64,000 nt of DNA from assembly GCA_038087875.1 (NCBI GenBank), contig CM075988.1, positions 21,330,001 through 21,394,000 of the forward strand, written 5' to 3'. Each line of letters begins with the position of its first letter. The stretch's first letter is position 1. Of this stretch, positions 23,226-36,574 are shown piece after piece. This DNA comes from Malacoraja senta (taxonomy: Eukaryota). The notes beneath the pieces are model-generated. The model was given only the letters and a program-made list of their open reading frames with translations. It was not told the DNA's origin and did no database searches. A program made the translations under genes and the position numbers.

Positions 23226-24635
23226 TTTTCTTCCCGTCGGACAAAATAGCTTCCACTTTGTCAAGTCTATTTATCATCTAAGCATCTCGGCGAGATCATC
23301 CACTACTTTCAAAACTCAGGGGGGGGTTCAGTCCAGGATCACACAAACAATCTATCTCCATGTTGCACTTATGTTATTCACATCAAATGTTGAATAACAG
23401 AAGCTAGAATTATGAAATAAAAACAGGATGCACAGGGTCTCTTGCCCAGAGTAGTTGACTCCAGGACCAGAGGACATAGGTTTAAGATGAAGGGGAAAAG
23501 AATTAATAGGAATCTGAGGGGTAACTTTTGCACACAAAGGGTGGTGGATGTATGGAACGAGTTGCCAGAGGAGGTAGTTGAGGCAGGGACTATCCCAACT
23601 TTTTAGAAACAGTCAGACAGATACATGGATAGGACAGGTTTGGAGGGATATGGACCAAACACATGCAGGTGGGACTAGTGTTTCTGGGACAAGTTGGCCG
23701 GTATGGGCAAGTTGGGCCGTAAGGCCTGTTTCCACGCTAAATGCCTTCCATGACTCTAGGAACTAAAAACATTGTGTGGCACGGTGGCGCAGCCGGTAGA
23801 GCCCCAGAGACCCAGGTTTCGATCCTGACCTCGGGTGCTGTCTGTGTGGAGTCTGCATGTTCTCCCTGTAACCGTGTGGGTTTCCACCGGGTGTTCTGGC
23901 TCCCTCTCACATCCCGAAGATGTGCGGATTTGTAGGTTAGTTGGCACTCTGTAAATTGTCCCGAGTGTGTAGAAATGAGAAAAGAGGATAATGTAGAACT
24001 AGCGTGAATGGGCGATCGATGGTCAACATGGAGTCAATGGGCCAAAGGGCCTGTTTCCATGCTGGATCTCTGAAAAAAAACAAGAAATGCTCAACTGGGC
24101 AGGCAGCATCTGTGGAAAGTGCAAATGCTTCAGACTTGAAGTAATATTTCTGTCTCTCTCTCTCTACAGAAGCTGCCTGACTGGATGAGCATTTTTTCAT
24201 GTTCATGTTAATAGCAGCACAATTAGGTCATTCAGACTTTCAAGTCTACTCCGCCATTCAATCATGGCTGATCTATCTCTCCCTCTCAACCCATTCTCCT
24301 GCTTTCTCCCCATAACCCCTGACACCCGCACTAATCTGCCAATCTCCACCTTAAAAATATCCATTGACTTGGCCACAGATTCATCACCCTCTGATGAAAT
24401 AAATTCCTCATCACCTTTCTAAAGGTACGATCTTTAATTCTGAGGCTATGACCTCTGGTCCGAGACTCTTCCACAAATGGAAACATCTTCTCCATATCCA
24501 CTGCCACATCCAGGCCTTTCACTATTCGATAACTTTCAATGAAGTGTCCCCCTCATCCTTCTAAACTCCAGCAAGTACAGGCCCAGTGCCGTCAAACGCT
24601 CACCCTATGTTGATAGGAAAGGCTCAGAGAGATAC

Positions 24636-24925
24636 CTCACAGCGAATGCAGCGCCGGAGACCCGGGTTCGATCCTGACTACGGGTGCTGTCTGTACGGAG
24701 TTTGTACGTTCTCCCCGTGACCTGCGTGGGTTTTCTCCGAGATCTTCGGTTTCCTCCCACACCCCAAAGACGTACAGGTTTGTAGGTTAATTGGCTTGGT
24801 AAATGTAAAAAGTATCCCTAGTGGGTGTAGGATAGTGTTAGCGTGCGAGGATCGCTGGTCAGCGCGGACCCGGTGGGCCGAAGGGCCTGTTTCTGCGCTG
24901 TATCTCTACACGAAACTAAACTAAA
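24636..24925 (+). mobile_element. HE1-like V-SINE
   Basis: GGAGACCCGGGTTCGATCCTGACTACGGG through GGGCCGAAGGGCCTGTTTCTGCGCTGTATCTCTA. Confidence 0.85.
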
Positions 24926-26191
24926 TGAGACCAGCTGAGATGGTACATCGTGGACGGTATAGATAAGGCAGAGATAGATAGATTCTTGATTAGTACAGGT
25001 GTCAGAGGTTATGGGGAGAAGACAGGAGAATGAGGTTAGGAGGGAGAGATAGATCAGCCATGATTGAATGGCGGAGTAGACTTGATGGGCTGAATGGTCT
25101 AATTCTACTCCTATTTCTTATGACCTTATGACCTTATGGCATGGACAAGCTGGGCAGAAGGGCCTGTGTCCATGCTGGATGACTCTATGATTCTATGGGA
25201 TTCATGTGCTTCCCCACTAAAGCTTTGTGGAAGATGAACAATTTGGATCAATAACCAAGTGTTCTGGGGTGGAAAGACAGCCCAGGAAAGTCTGAGTAAG
25301 TACTCTCGCTTGGAATAATGCTGGAACTCATGAATCAGACGTAACTATGTTACAATGCATTGTGCAACAAAGGATAAATTACATAAATTGGTATTGATTT
25401 TCTTTGAACATTTACATAATTGCAGAATTTTATGAAATATTTGCAATTTGATAAATCATCCTTTGTTTTGCCAGGAACGCTGTCGTGATATCGGGATTAC
25501 TTTGTGTCCGAAACCATTGGGAAGGAAAGAATTGGAAATCGGAAATAACTCAGCACGGTGGTGCTGTTGTAGAGTTTCTGACTTACTAGCGCCAGTCACC
25601 CGGGTTCGATCCTGACTACGGGCGCTGTCTGTACGGAGTTTGTACGTTCTCCCCGTGACCTGCGTGGGTTTTCTCCGGTTTCCACCCACACTCCAAAGAC
25701 GTACATGTTTGTAGGTTAATTGGCTTGGTATAAATGTAAATTGTCCCCAGTGTGTGTAGGACAGTGTTAATGTGCGGGGATCGCTGGTCGATGGGTCGAA
25801 GGGCCTGTTTCCACGCTGTATCTCTCAATTAAACTGATCTCAACTGTGAAGAACACCAGGCAAATAGTCAGTATCTTGTGGAAAAGAGAATTGAAACAAG
25901 ATTATTAGCGAGTTTGAAGTATTTAACACAGGAACAGCAAATGTAAAAAGAAAAATATAACAAGAAATGAGAAAAATATGTCCTGTATCAAACTGGATTT
26001 GGAAACAATTCTTTCAACTAAAAATGCAATTGGAGTCAATTTGTGAGTGTAATATTATTCCTGCAAACAGCAATCAAAGTGACAGCAGTATAACAGTGCA
26101 GGGTAAAATGTTTACTGAAAGCAATGTGACTATTCCTCTGAATATCTTATTGCAACAATATTTTCTTGAGTGAAGATTGCCATAAATGGAG

Positions 26192-26795
26192 AAACATAGA
26201 AACATAGAAAATAGGTTCACGAGTAGGCCATTCGGCCCTTCGAGCCAGCACCGCCATTCATTGTGATCATGGCTGATCATCCACAAGCAGTAACCCGTGC
26301 CTGCCTTCTCCCCATATCCCTTGACTCCGCTAGCCCCTAGAGCTCTATCTAACTCTCTCTTAAATTCATCCAGTGATTTGGCCTCCACTGCCTTCTGTGC
26401 CAGAGAATTCCACAATTTCAGAACTCTCTGGGTGAAAAAGTGTTTTCTCATCTCAGTTTTAAATGGCCTCCCGTTTATTCTTAGACTGTGGCCCCTGGTT
26501 CTGGACTCCACCATCATTGGGAACATTTTTCCTGTATCTAGCTTGTCCAGTCCTTTTATAATTTTATATGTTTCTATAAGATATCCTCTCATCCTTCTAA
26601 ATTACAGTGAATACAAGCCCAGTCTTTCCAATCTTTCCTTATATGACAGTCCCGCCATCCTGGGGATTAACATCGTGAATCTACGCTGCACTGCCTCAAT
26701 AGCAAGGATCTCCTTCCTCAAATTAGGAGACCAAGTCGGTACACAATACTCCAGATGTGGTCTCACCAGGGCCCTGTACAACTGCTGAAGGACCT
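26192..26795 (-). mobile_element. CR1-clade LINE 3' portion (ORF2 C-terminus, 3' UTR, (ATAGAAAC)n)
   Basis: Reads LYRALVRPHLEYCV..WSP...EAVQRRFT...RLERLGLYSL...RGYLIETYKIIKG...RTRGHSLRI...WNSL. Confidence 0.9.
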
Positions 26796-28960
26796 CTAAC
26801 AAACCTGAACCTTGGGAATGGGCATTCTGCATTTTGGACTTTTAAGTTGGACTTATCAGATGGGAGGACTCACACTGCAAACATTATTGGCCAAGTACTT
26901 TGAGGGTTTGATGAAGACACCAAGTGCTGGAGTAACTCAATGGGTCAGGCAGCATCTCTGGGGAACGTGTGAGTGGCACAGTGGCGCATCGGTAGAGCTG
27001 CTGCCTTCCAGCGCCAGAGACCCGGGTTCGAACCTGACCACAGGTGCTGTTTGTAAGGAGTTTGCACGTTCTCCCCATGACTGCGTGGGCTTTCCCTGGT
27101 TGCTCTGGTTTCCTGTCACATTCCAAAAAAAGTTCAGGTTTGTGGGTTAATTTGGCTTCGGTAACAGTTGTAAATTGTCCCTAGTGTGTACGATATAGCT
27201 GGTGTACGGGGATTGCTGGTCAGTGGCGACCAGATGGGCCGAAGGGCCTGTATCTGCGTTGTATCTCTAAACTAAACTAAAACTCAGTCGGCATGGATGC
27301 GTTGGGCTGGAGGACCTGTGTCCGTGCTGTATGACTCTCTCTTGACTCTTAAGAATAAGTTTAAGAATAAGGAGTACATTTAAGAATAAGGAGTAAGCCA
27401 TTTAGAACGGAGACGAGGAAACACTTTTTCTCACAGAGTGGTGAGTCTGTGGAATTCTCTGCCTCAGAGGCAGGTTCTCTGGATGCTTTCAAGAGAGAGC
27501 TAGATTGGGCTCTTAAAAATAGCAGAGGCAGGGGATATGGGGAGAAGGCAGGAACGGGGTACTGATTGGGGATGATCAGCCATGATCAAATTGAATGGCG
27601 GTGCTGGCTCGAAAGGCCGAATGGCCTACTCCTGCACCTATTGTCTATTGTCTATTGACTCTTGATCTTTTCCACAATTGCGGCTGGTTGCGGCTCAGTC
27701 TAACAGTTCCAAGAACTGTTTGAGTCACACATATACACAGAGGACCCAGACATCGGATTGAAGGCTATGACCTGACCTGGGATGATGGCAACAGATAGGG
27801 AAAAACCTGTATTCAAGGGGGAATTATTGGTAAGTGAATAAATTAATGAAGATTTGAAAAAAAAAGACTGGACATTATAACCCAAAAAACTATGACTGAT
27901 GGATGTGGAAACAAGGAACTGCAGATGCTTGGTTACACAAAAGGACACAAAGTGCTGGAATAACTCAGTGGGTCAGGCTGTATCTCAGGGGAACATGGAT
28001 AGGTGATACTATGTCCATGTTATCCAGAGATGCCACAATCAGTCTGAAGAAGGGTCCTGGCCAGACACGTCACCTACACGTGTTCTCCAGAGCTGCAGCC
28101 TGTCTTGCTGAATTACTCTGGCCCTTTGAGTCCTTTGATGGGTGTCTGTTTTGGAACTTCATAGAAAATTGGGCCAAGTTTTCCATCGCTGTATTTCACA
28201 AGACTGATGTTTGTAATTCCTGATTCCTTCCGCTTTGTGACAACATCTTTGCCATCCGGTGATTCCAAACTCGGTTGAGGATTTAGCTTCCTTTTGCTAA
28301 TGGCAAGGTAATGTTATAATTTTAGAATACTTAACATGTGAGCTTGTATCCCTCGGGTCCTATTCTTTTCCTGATAGATGCTTTTTAAACGTATTCAGTT
28401 AAGCCAGAACAAGGAAAATGGAACAAGAATCATTTCTGTTCTCGGTGAAAGTGAATTGTAGGATTCAGTTTCTTAGCAACATTAGGAGGAAGTGCTCACT
28501 CATTGACCCTGCCCTTGTTGAATCTCATCTTCTCTTTTCCAGAGGCCTCTCTAGCTTGTGTGCCTGGAGAATGACTTTTAAGTAGAGCTCCATTCTGAAG
28601 TGTATGCTTGCACTGTGCATGAGTGTGCAATGGAGCTCAGTGGGACCGAGGTTGATGTTTATGCCTTGAATATATGAAAACAAATGTTTAAGATCTCAAG
28701 AGTTGGATTTCATAATATCTAACTATGATCGATAAAGGGAAACGTTTCGGTGAATGTCAACTAGTGCTGGAATAACGGGGAGGTTACAGAAAATATATTG
28801 GGCTAATCCAGGTTTATTCAGAACCAACACTTCGCTCCATGTTTCCCGGATATATTACAAATATGTTTCATATTCCTGTCTGTATAAAACAACCACCTTC
28901 ATAGAACCTTAGTTTAGTTTAGAGATACAGCGCGGACACAGGCCCTTCGGCCCACTGAGT

Positions 28961-29152
28961 CCTCAACGGTGGAACAGGCGGAGGACGATGGCTGACCTTC
29001 GTGGAGCGTCACAACGGCTGGGAAGGCGGATGGATGAAGGCTGCAGCAGAAAAGAGTCTCCGGTCGTCTTGGACTCCATGCCACTGGATCCTGACCCGGA
29101 TCTGTCAAGGACCGTGGGGTTGCTGTCTGTGCACCAGTCTCCCCACGTTAAA
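28961..29152 (+). mobile_element. Partial second copy of the RTE-derived element at 7720-8068
   Basis: CCTCAACGGTGGAACAGGCGGAGGACGATGGCTGACC...CCCACGTTAAACA is nearly identical to the reverse complement of about 7722-7913. Confidence 0.8.
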
Positions 29153-29454
29153 CAAAGTGACGCACAGGCGTCCTCCATATGGGGAATAGAACCCTGGAGA
29201 CACCCATGGTCAGGCTCGACCGAGGGGGGCCTAAGGAACCGCAACCTTACCTCAGCAACACCTTTTGAAAGAAGATGAGGAGAAATTTCTTTAGCCAGAG
29301 GGTGGTTTGGTTTATCGTCTGTGGAATTCTCTGCCTCGGAGGGCGGTGGAGGCAGGTTCTCTGGATGCTTTCAAGAGAGAGCTAACTAGGGCTCTTAAAG
29401 ATAGTGGAGTCAGGGGATATGGGGAGAAGGCAGGAACGGGGTACTGATTGGGGA

Positions 29455-29987
29455 TGGTTCGGGAGCTGCAAGGCGTACTAGACAGGATTGTGAAGACCGC
29501 CAGCAGGATTATTGGTGCTCCACTCCCTTTCCTGCTGGACATATACAGGAAGAGATGTATCAGCAGAGCCATCTCCATCATCAAAGACCCCTACCACCCA
29601 TCCCATCACATATTCTCCATCCTGCCATCTGGGAAGAGGTACCGGAGCATTAGGTGCAAAACCAGCAGGATGCTCCTCAGCTTCTTCCCGCAGGTTATAA
29701 GACTGATAAACGGACTTTGCCCCCTGCCAAAGTATCGTGCACCAACCACCAACCTGGACACACTGCAGCAGAGCCACTGTCGTGCCGCTGCCGATCGGAA
29801 CGCCTGTTGATGTTTAGTAGAGTAGAGTGTTAATTTGTTCATGATATATGTATTTTTGCTTCTATTTATTTTTTACTGCACACTGAAATGGACACTGGTT
29901 GAGGAACGTTTTTTTGTTTCCTCTGGGTATGCGAATACTCAGGAAATGACAATAAAGATATACAACAATACAATACAACAATACAAC
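29455..29987 (+). mobile_element. Rex1/Babar LINE 3' end inserted into a CR1 3' end
   Basis: Reads LDRIVKTASRIIG...IIKDPYHPSHHIFSILPSGKRYRSI...SFFPQVIRLIN; AATAAA and (CAATA)n tail. Confidence 0.85.
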
Positions 29988-31175
29988 ATGATCAGCCATG
30001 ATCACATTGAATGGCGGTGCTGGCCTGAAGGGCCGAATGGCCTACTCCTGCACCTATTGTCTATTGTCTATTGTCTATCGTCACACAGTGCCAGAGACCC
30101 GGATTTGATCCTGACCTAGGGCGCTGTCTGTGTGGAGTTTGCACCTTCCCCCTTTGACACCGTGAATTTGCTTCGGGTGCTCCGGTTTCCTCCCACAGCC
30201 CAAAGACGTGCAGGTTTGTAGGTTAATTGGTCTCTGTTAATTACCCCTAATGTTTCAGGAGTGGATGAGAAGCTGGGATAACGCACTGCAAATGGCTGAC
30301 CAATTGTCGACGTGGACTCTGTGGGCGGAAGGGTCCGTTTCCATGCTGTATCTCCAAACTAAACTGAACTACACTAAAGAGGGGAGAGGGTGAACTCAAA
30401 TACAATATTTGAGTATTACAGTATATATGTGTACAGAAAACAAGGAAAGGCAGAGACGGTAGACAGGCAGAACCTTTTTCCCGGGGTGGAGATGTCCAAC
30501 ACTAGAGGACACAGCTATAAGGTGAGAGGGGGGAAGTTCAATGGAGATGTGGGGGGCAAGTTTTTACACAGAGGGTGGTGGGGGCCTGGAATGCACTGGT
30601 GGAGGCAGATACGCCAGTGGTGCAGAAGAGGCTTTTGGATAGGCACATGGAAGCGCAGGGAATAGAGGGCTGTGGACCATAAACAGGCAGATAGTCATAC
30701 AGTCATAGTGTGGTACAGTGTGGAAACAGGCCCTTCGGCCCAACTCGCCCACAATGGCCAACAATGTCCCAGCTACACTAGTCCCACCTGCCTGAGCTTG
30801 GTCCATATTCCTCCAAACCTGTCCTATCCATGTACCTGTCCAGCTGTTTCTTAAACGATGGGATAGTCCCAGCCTCAACTACCTGTCTCTGGCAGCTTGT
30901 TCCATACATCCACCACCCTCTGAGTGAAAAAGTTACCCCTCGGATTCCTATTAAATCTTTCCCCATTCACCTTGAACCTATGTCCTCTGGTCCTCGATTC
31001 CCCTACTCTGGGTAAAAGACTCTGTGCATCTACCTGATCTATTCCTCTCATGATTTTGTATCAGATGAGATCAGTTTAGCTTGGCGTCATGTTTGGCACA
31101 AACATTGTGGGCTGAAGGGCCTGTTCCTGTGGCTGTACTGTTCTATGTCCGATATTAGCACCCAGGGACCACGAC

Positions 31176-31195
31176 TCTCGCGAGAAGTCACGTGA
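31176..31195. promoter_or_regulatory. Adjacent TCTCGCGAGA (BANP/CGCG element) and GTCACGTGA (USF/MiT-TFE E-box) motifs
   Basis: Two perfect palindromes (31176-31185 and 31188-31195) in non-repeat sequence. Confidence 0.35.
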
Positions 31196-33988
31196 AGGGA
31201 TTCGATACAATCCCTGCGCTGAAGTCAATACAATCCCTGCTGCAAGGCGTCTGAGTTTACAAGCATCTGTAGTGTGAAGCCACAGGACTTCGGGTTCACA
31301 GTCTTGGTTGGCAGAAAGTCAATGGAGATGCAGATCGGCACAGCAGCGGGTCGTGACATTATGAAGGAGGACGCAGCTGACAAGAAGTGTTAGTTATCCC
31401 AATGAGGGGGCTGGGCCAAGGATAAGTAAACTGGCAGCAGCAGAGCTTAATGGCTGACCTGATGATGAGGAGTCTTTAGACTTTAGACTTTAGAGATGCA
31501 GCATAGAAACAGGCCATTCAGCCCATCAGCAAACGCTATCCCACCCACAAGCACTATCCCACACACTAGGGACAATATTACAACTTACCGAAGCCAATTA
31601 ACTGAAAAACCTGCACGTCTTTGGAGTGTGAGAAGAAACCGGAGCACCCGGAGAAAACCCACAAGGACACAAGGAGAACGTGCAAACTCCGTACAGACAG
31701 CACTCGTAGTCAGGATTGAACCCGGGCCACAGTTTAAGAATAAGGGGTAAGCCATTTAAAACGGAGACGAGGAAACACTTTTTCTCACAGAGAGTTGTGA
31801 GTCTGTGGAATTCTCTGCCTCAGAGGGCGGTGGAGGCCGGTTCTCTGGATACTTTCAAGAAAGAGCTAGATAGGGCTCTTAAAGATAGCGGAGTCAGGGG
31901 ATATGGGGAGAAGGCAGGAACAGGGTACTGATTGTGGATGATCTGCCATGATCACATTGAATGGCGGTGCTGGCTCGAAGGGCCAAATGGCCTACTCCTG
32001 CACCTATTGTCTATTGTCTATTGTCTATTGTCTATTGTCTATTGTCTATGATCAAGGAAATATAGAATGGTTCATTGCTGGCTGAGGGGACGATGGGCCT
32101 GTTTCTTTGCTGTATCATTCAATTAATCAAAAGTAGGGCTTGGGAGTTTTTGTTCTGAGGTCCATTTGTTAAATAAGCCTGTGGTACATTGTTCCTGGTA
32201 TGATAGAGACTTCTTTGGGTCACTGGGGAGACAACTAGCCTCTGATTCATCTGTGTCTTTGTAGAGACCTGGAGCTCTCTCTTAAATTCATTTCACCACG
32301 GGGTGAATAGAGCAGCAAAGTTCCTTCATCATAACACTAATCACACTCCAGAAATACTCTCCTTGCCTGAGAGGATCGTTGATACCTTCTCCAAGGGGCT
32401 GAAAGGTTGGACACACTTGCAAGCCTTCCGTCTGTCTGTCTGTCTGTCTGTCTCCTGACAGCAGTGTGAAGGAGGACATAAATGACAGCGGACAATGCTG
32501 ACTAGCGTGTGACCGATGTGAACATACAAAAGAAACAGAAATGAGAAAGAGAAAATACTTTCCACAATGCTGAAATGTCAGGAAAGCAAGGGCTTGAATA
32601 TGAAGTTTTGCATTGCCACAGACGGCTGTTGAGGCCAAGCCAATGGGTGTTTTTGATGCAAAGATTGACAGGTTCTTGATTAGAACGGGTGTCAGGGATT
32701 ATGGGGAGATACATGAGAAAGGGGATGAGAGGGAAAGGTGGATCAGCCATGATTGAATGGTGGAGTAGACCACATGGACTGAATGGCCTAATTCTGTGCC
32801 TAGAACATCTGAATGAATAGGTTTATTGTCCAAGTATTCACATACAAGGAATTTGCCTTGTTGCTACGCCCGCAAGTGACAACATGACATACAGTGACAG
32901 TTAGGAATGACACATAAAACATTAAACGTTAATAATAAAACATTATTGATTAAACATGTGAATTAAATAAAATACCAGAGCAAAAGGAGGCTACAGATTT
33001 TTGGTTATTGAGTAGAGTTATGAACTCATGAACAGTGAGGGTCCCCTTTCAAAACAAAAGGCAATTGTGTTCCAATCTGTAAAATTGTTACATTTCTTAA
33101 AAACAGAAGCTGATAATAAGCAGAATAATTAATTATCTCTGTGGAGATTTCTCTTTTTTTTTTAATTAGCATTTTTTAATTGCAAATTTGAAAAGTGGAT
33201 CTTTAACTTTTTTTTTGATTTCTGAACTTACCAAAAACTTTTCACATCTGATTTTGGGGATTGAATCAATGATTAAATAAACTATTCATATGTTGTGATG
33301 TGACCCTGAAAATACAACGTTTTTAGCCTGTTATTATATGTTATTATAAGTTATTAAAGTTATATAAGATATGTTATTAAAGAGGAAATAGAATATTTTA
33401 TTTACATGTGGCACAGTTGAACAGATAGTAGAGATGCTGCCTCCATAGGTCCAGTCACCCAAGTAAATTCCTGACCTCTGGTGCTGTCTAGGTGGAGTTT
33501 GCATGTTCTCCGTATGGCTTATGAGTTTCATCTGCGTGCTCTAGTTTCCTCCCACATGCCAAACATATGCAATGCGATTTATTAATTGGCCATTGTAAAT
33601 TTGGTTTAGCTTGGAAACAGGCCCTTCGGCCCACCGAGGCCATCCCGACCATCGATCACCCACTCACACTAGTTCTATGCTATCTCAGTTTTGCATCTTG
33701 TACACTAGGGGCAATTTACAGAATCCAATTAACCTATAAAGTCTGCATGTCTTTGGAACGTAGGAGGGAAACCGGAGCACCCGGAGAAAACCCACGCGGT
33801 CACAGGGAGAACGTACAAACTCCGGACAAACAGCATCCGAAGTCAGGATTAAACTCAGGCACTGTAAGGCAGCAACTCTACTCTTGTGCGTAGATGAGTG
33901 TTAGATTCTTGGGGAGAGGGAGTTGTGGATTAGGATACGTTTAGTGTAAAAATGGTTGATGGTAGGTCTGGACATGATGGATCGATGA

Positions 33989-34115
33989 TAGACACAAGGT
34001 GCTGGAGTAACTCAGCGGGACAGGCACATCTCTGGAGAGAAGGAATGGGTGACGTTTCGGGACAAGACCCTTCTTCAGACTTCGATTTAAACCAGCATCT
34101 GCAATTCTTTCCAAC
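33989..34115. mobile_element. Penelope terminal-repeat derivative with perfect 17-bp TSD
   Basis: ACATGATGGATCGATGA at 33972-33988 and 34116-34132. Confidence 0.8.
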
Positions 34116-34284
34116 ACATGATGGATCGATGAAATAGTTTCCATTCTCTATCCCCGTTGTTTTTAATTTTAACAGTGTTATATCGCGAGAGAAAACGAAA
34201 TTTAGTTTGATAGTGAGATTCAATAAATTGATTGACCAAAGGGAGTAACAGATGCCACATATAGGACGGCACAGTGATGGGAAG

Positions 34285-34495
34285 CGTCTCTTAGCGCTAA
34301 CGGCAGGTACTCGGGAAGACTCGCTAACGGCAGGTAAGCACGGGAAGACTCGTGAAGATTTTTCAACATGATGAAAAATGTCCACGAGAGCCCCGAGTAC
34401 CGACGAGTTACGGCCATTACCGTAAATCTCCGAGTTCGAATCAGGGCAAACTCGGGAGAACTCTTGGAATGAACTCGTACCGTGGGACAGGGGTT
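34285..34495 (-). mobile_element. Partial copy of the 13047-13376 MITE family
   Basis: Reverse complement of about 13047-13265, ending CGTGGGACAGGGGTT. Confidence 0.85.
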
Positions 34496-35063
34496 TTACT
34501 TTCATTCTATCCTTGTTTCCCACTCATCGTGATGTACGTGTTCAGCTTTGGCCATAAACAGAAATCTTTGATTTAATTAATAATAAAATATTAACGTTCC
34601 TGATAAATAATCTTCACAACAGAACAGAGAAATTAATTAAATTGCTTCAGACTTAAGTCCGGGATCTTAATTCTGTTCTGAGCGCTTTAATGCAAAAGCT
34701 GTTTTACATTTTGGTCCTTTAATACTGTGGGGGCAATTCTATACAATAATTAATTCAGTGATTCACAGGAAGTTATCCCTCGTTCTTTTCATCCCTGCTT
34801 CTATTTCTAGTCTTTTCAATGAGACTCATTTCCCGCAATGACAAAATAACTCAGTCATTTTAAGGGTTGCTACCTAGAAAATATTACTAGTTCTATGTGT
34901 AGGAAAGAACCGCAGATGGTGGTTTACATCGAAGATAGACACAAAAAGCTGGAGTAACTCAGCGGGACAGGCAGCATCTCTGGAGAGAAGGAATGGGTGG
35001 CGTTTCGGGTCGAGACCCTTCTTCAGACTAGTTATATGATTAGTTTAGCACGGAAACAGACCA

Positions 35064-35352
35064 ATTATACTGGTGCCCAAGAAGAGCAAGGTGACGTGCC
35101 TCAATGACTATCGACCAGTGGCACTAATGTCTGTGGTGATGAAGTGCTTTGAGAGGTTGATTATGGCGCATATCAACTCCTACCTCGACAAGAGCCCACT
35201 GCAGTTCGCTTACCGCCACAACAGATCAACGGTGGATGCGATCTCACTGGCTCTCCACTCCGCTCTGGACCACTTGGACAACAAAAACTCATATGTCAGG
35301 GTGTTATTCATTGACTACAGCTCGGCATTTAACACAATCATCCCCTCCAAGC
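35064..35352 (+). mobile_element. Rex1/Babar RT fragment
   Basis: Reads [28 protein letters not shown]...[16 protein letters not shown]...[18 protein letters not shown]. Confidence 0.9.
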
Positions 35353-35601
35353 CTCACAGCACCAGAGACAATAGACAATAGACAATAGGTGCAGGAGTAG
35401 GCCATTTGGCCCCGAGCCAGCACCGCCATTCAATGTGATCATGGCTGATCATCCCCAATCAGTACCCCGTTCCTGCCTTCTCCCCATATCCCCTCACTCC
35501 GCTATTTTTAAGAGCCCTATCTAGCTCTCTCTTGAAAGCATCCAGAGAACCTGCCTCCACCGCCCTCTGAGGCAGTTAAATGCCAATTCTGCACATAATT
35601 A

Positions 35602-36324
35602 AAGGCCTGTCTCACGAGTCTGCGGTCATTGGCGGTGATACAGGAAGTATCTACCGCTCGTGGACCGCCAGAGACCGCGGGTTCGGTCAAACGACCACCG
35701 CCGAGGCCGTGCGGCGTTTGTCCCAACACCGCACGGTGCTAAAAAAAGTCAGCAATGTCCAAAAATAATTTCTTACTGCACAGCCGCCGCCAGTGAGGCA
35801 CGAGTGCGGCACGGTCACCGCCACAGCCTCCGCCAGTGAGGCACGAGTGCGGCACGGTCACCGCCACAGCCTCCGCCAGTGAGGCACGTGTGAGGCACGG
35901 TCACCGTCACAGCCTCCGCCAGTGAGGCACGAGTGCGGCACGGTCACCGCCACAGCCGCCGCCAGTGAGGCACGAGCGCCGTGAGTCGAACTCTCACCGC
36001 CACAGCCTCCGCCAGTGAGGCACGAGTGCGGCACGGTCACCGTCACAGCCTCCGCCAGTGAGGCACGTGTGAGGCACGGTCACCGCCACAGCGCCGCGAT
36101 CAGCACTACCGCCACCACAGCCCCGCTAGTCTTTTATGAAGCAAATTTCTTAAACACCGCAAGCTCGTGGGACTGGCCGTACTGAGATCACTCGGTCCCC
36201 GCGCAGCATCCGTGCAGCGCTCCCGCGGCATAGGCTCGGCGCTCTCACGGTTGACGTGCGGTCCCCTCTTCCGGCGACGCCGCGCTTCACCGCCAATGAC
36301 CGCAACACCATGAGACAGAGCCTT
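35602..36324. mobile_element. Harbinger-like MITE with an internal 43-bp minisatellite
   Basis: TIRs AAGGCCTGTCTCACGAG..TGCGGTCATTGGCGGTGA and TCACCGCCAATGACCGCA..TGAGACAGAGCCTT in a TWA context. Confidence 0.75.
35781..36092. repeat. GC-rich minisatellite, 43-bp unit, about 7 copies
   Basis: Units CAGCCTCCGCCAGTGAGGCACGAGTGCGGCACGGTCACCGCCA start at 35781, 35824, 35867, 35910, 35953, 36003 and 36046. Confidence 0.9.
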
Positions 36325-36574
36325 TACAGAGCTTCTCGTAACAGGGATATACTGTATCGGCGTAAGACATTCAAAGCAAGTGTGTTTCACATTTTACTCA
36401 CTGCAGCTGTCCTTTCTTCAGGTCATGTTCTCATTGCCTGGTATGGAATTGTTGAAGAGCTCGCGCCACAGGGTACACCTCACTTAACGCTGTGAACTAT
36501 GGAGGGTGTAAATGATTTAAATGGGAAAAAATTATATTGCGTACTCACCGAGACCTGATTCTGCTCAAAGCTAG

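Noticed and set aside
27706..27829. In-frame TGA read as selenocysteine in a candidate exon
   Set aside because: No selenoprotein motif or SECIS element recognised; an ordinary stop or chance is more likely.
28130..28300. Open minus-strand frame KRKLNPQPSLESPDGKDVVTKRKESG...
   Set aside because: No convincing donor site, runs into a repeat, and no recognisable homology.
35781..36092. CRISPR-like regular array
   Set aside because: Contiguous tandem units with no unique spacers, inside a eukaryotic MITE.
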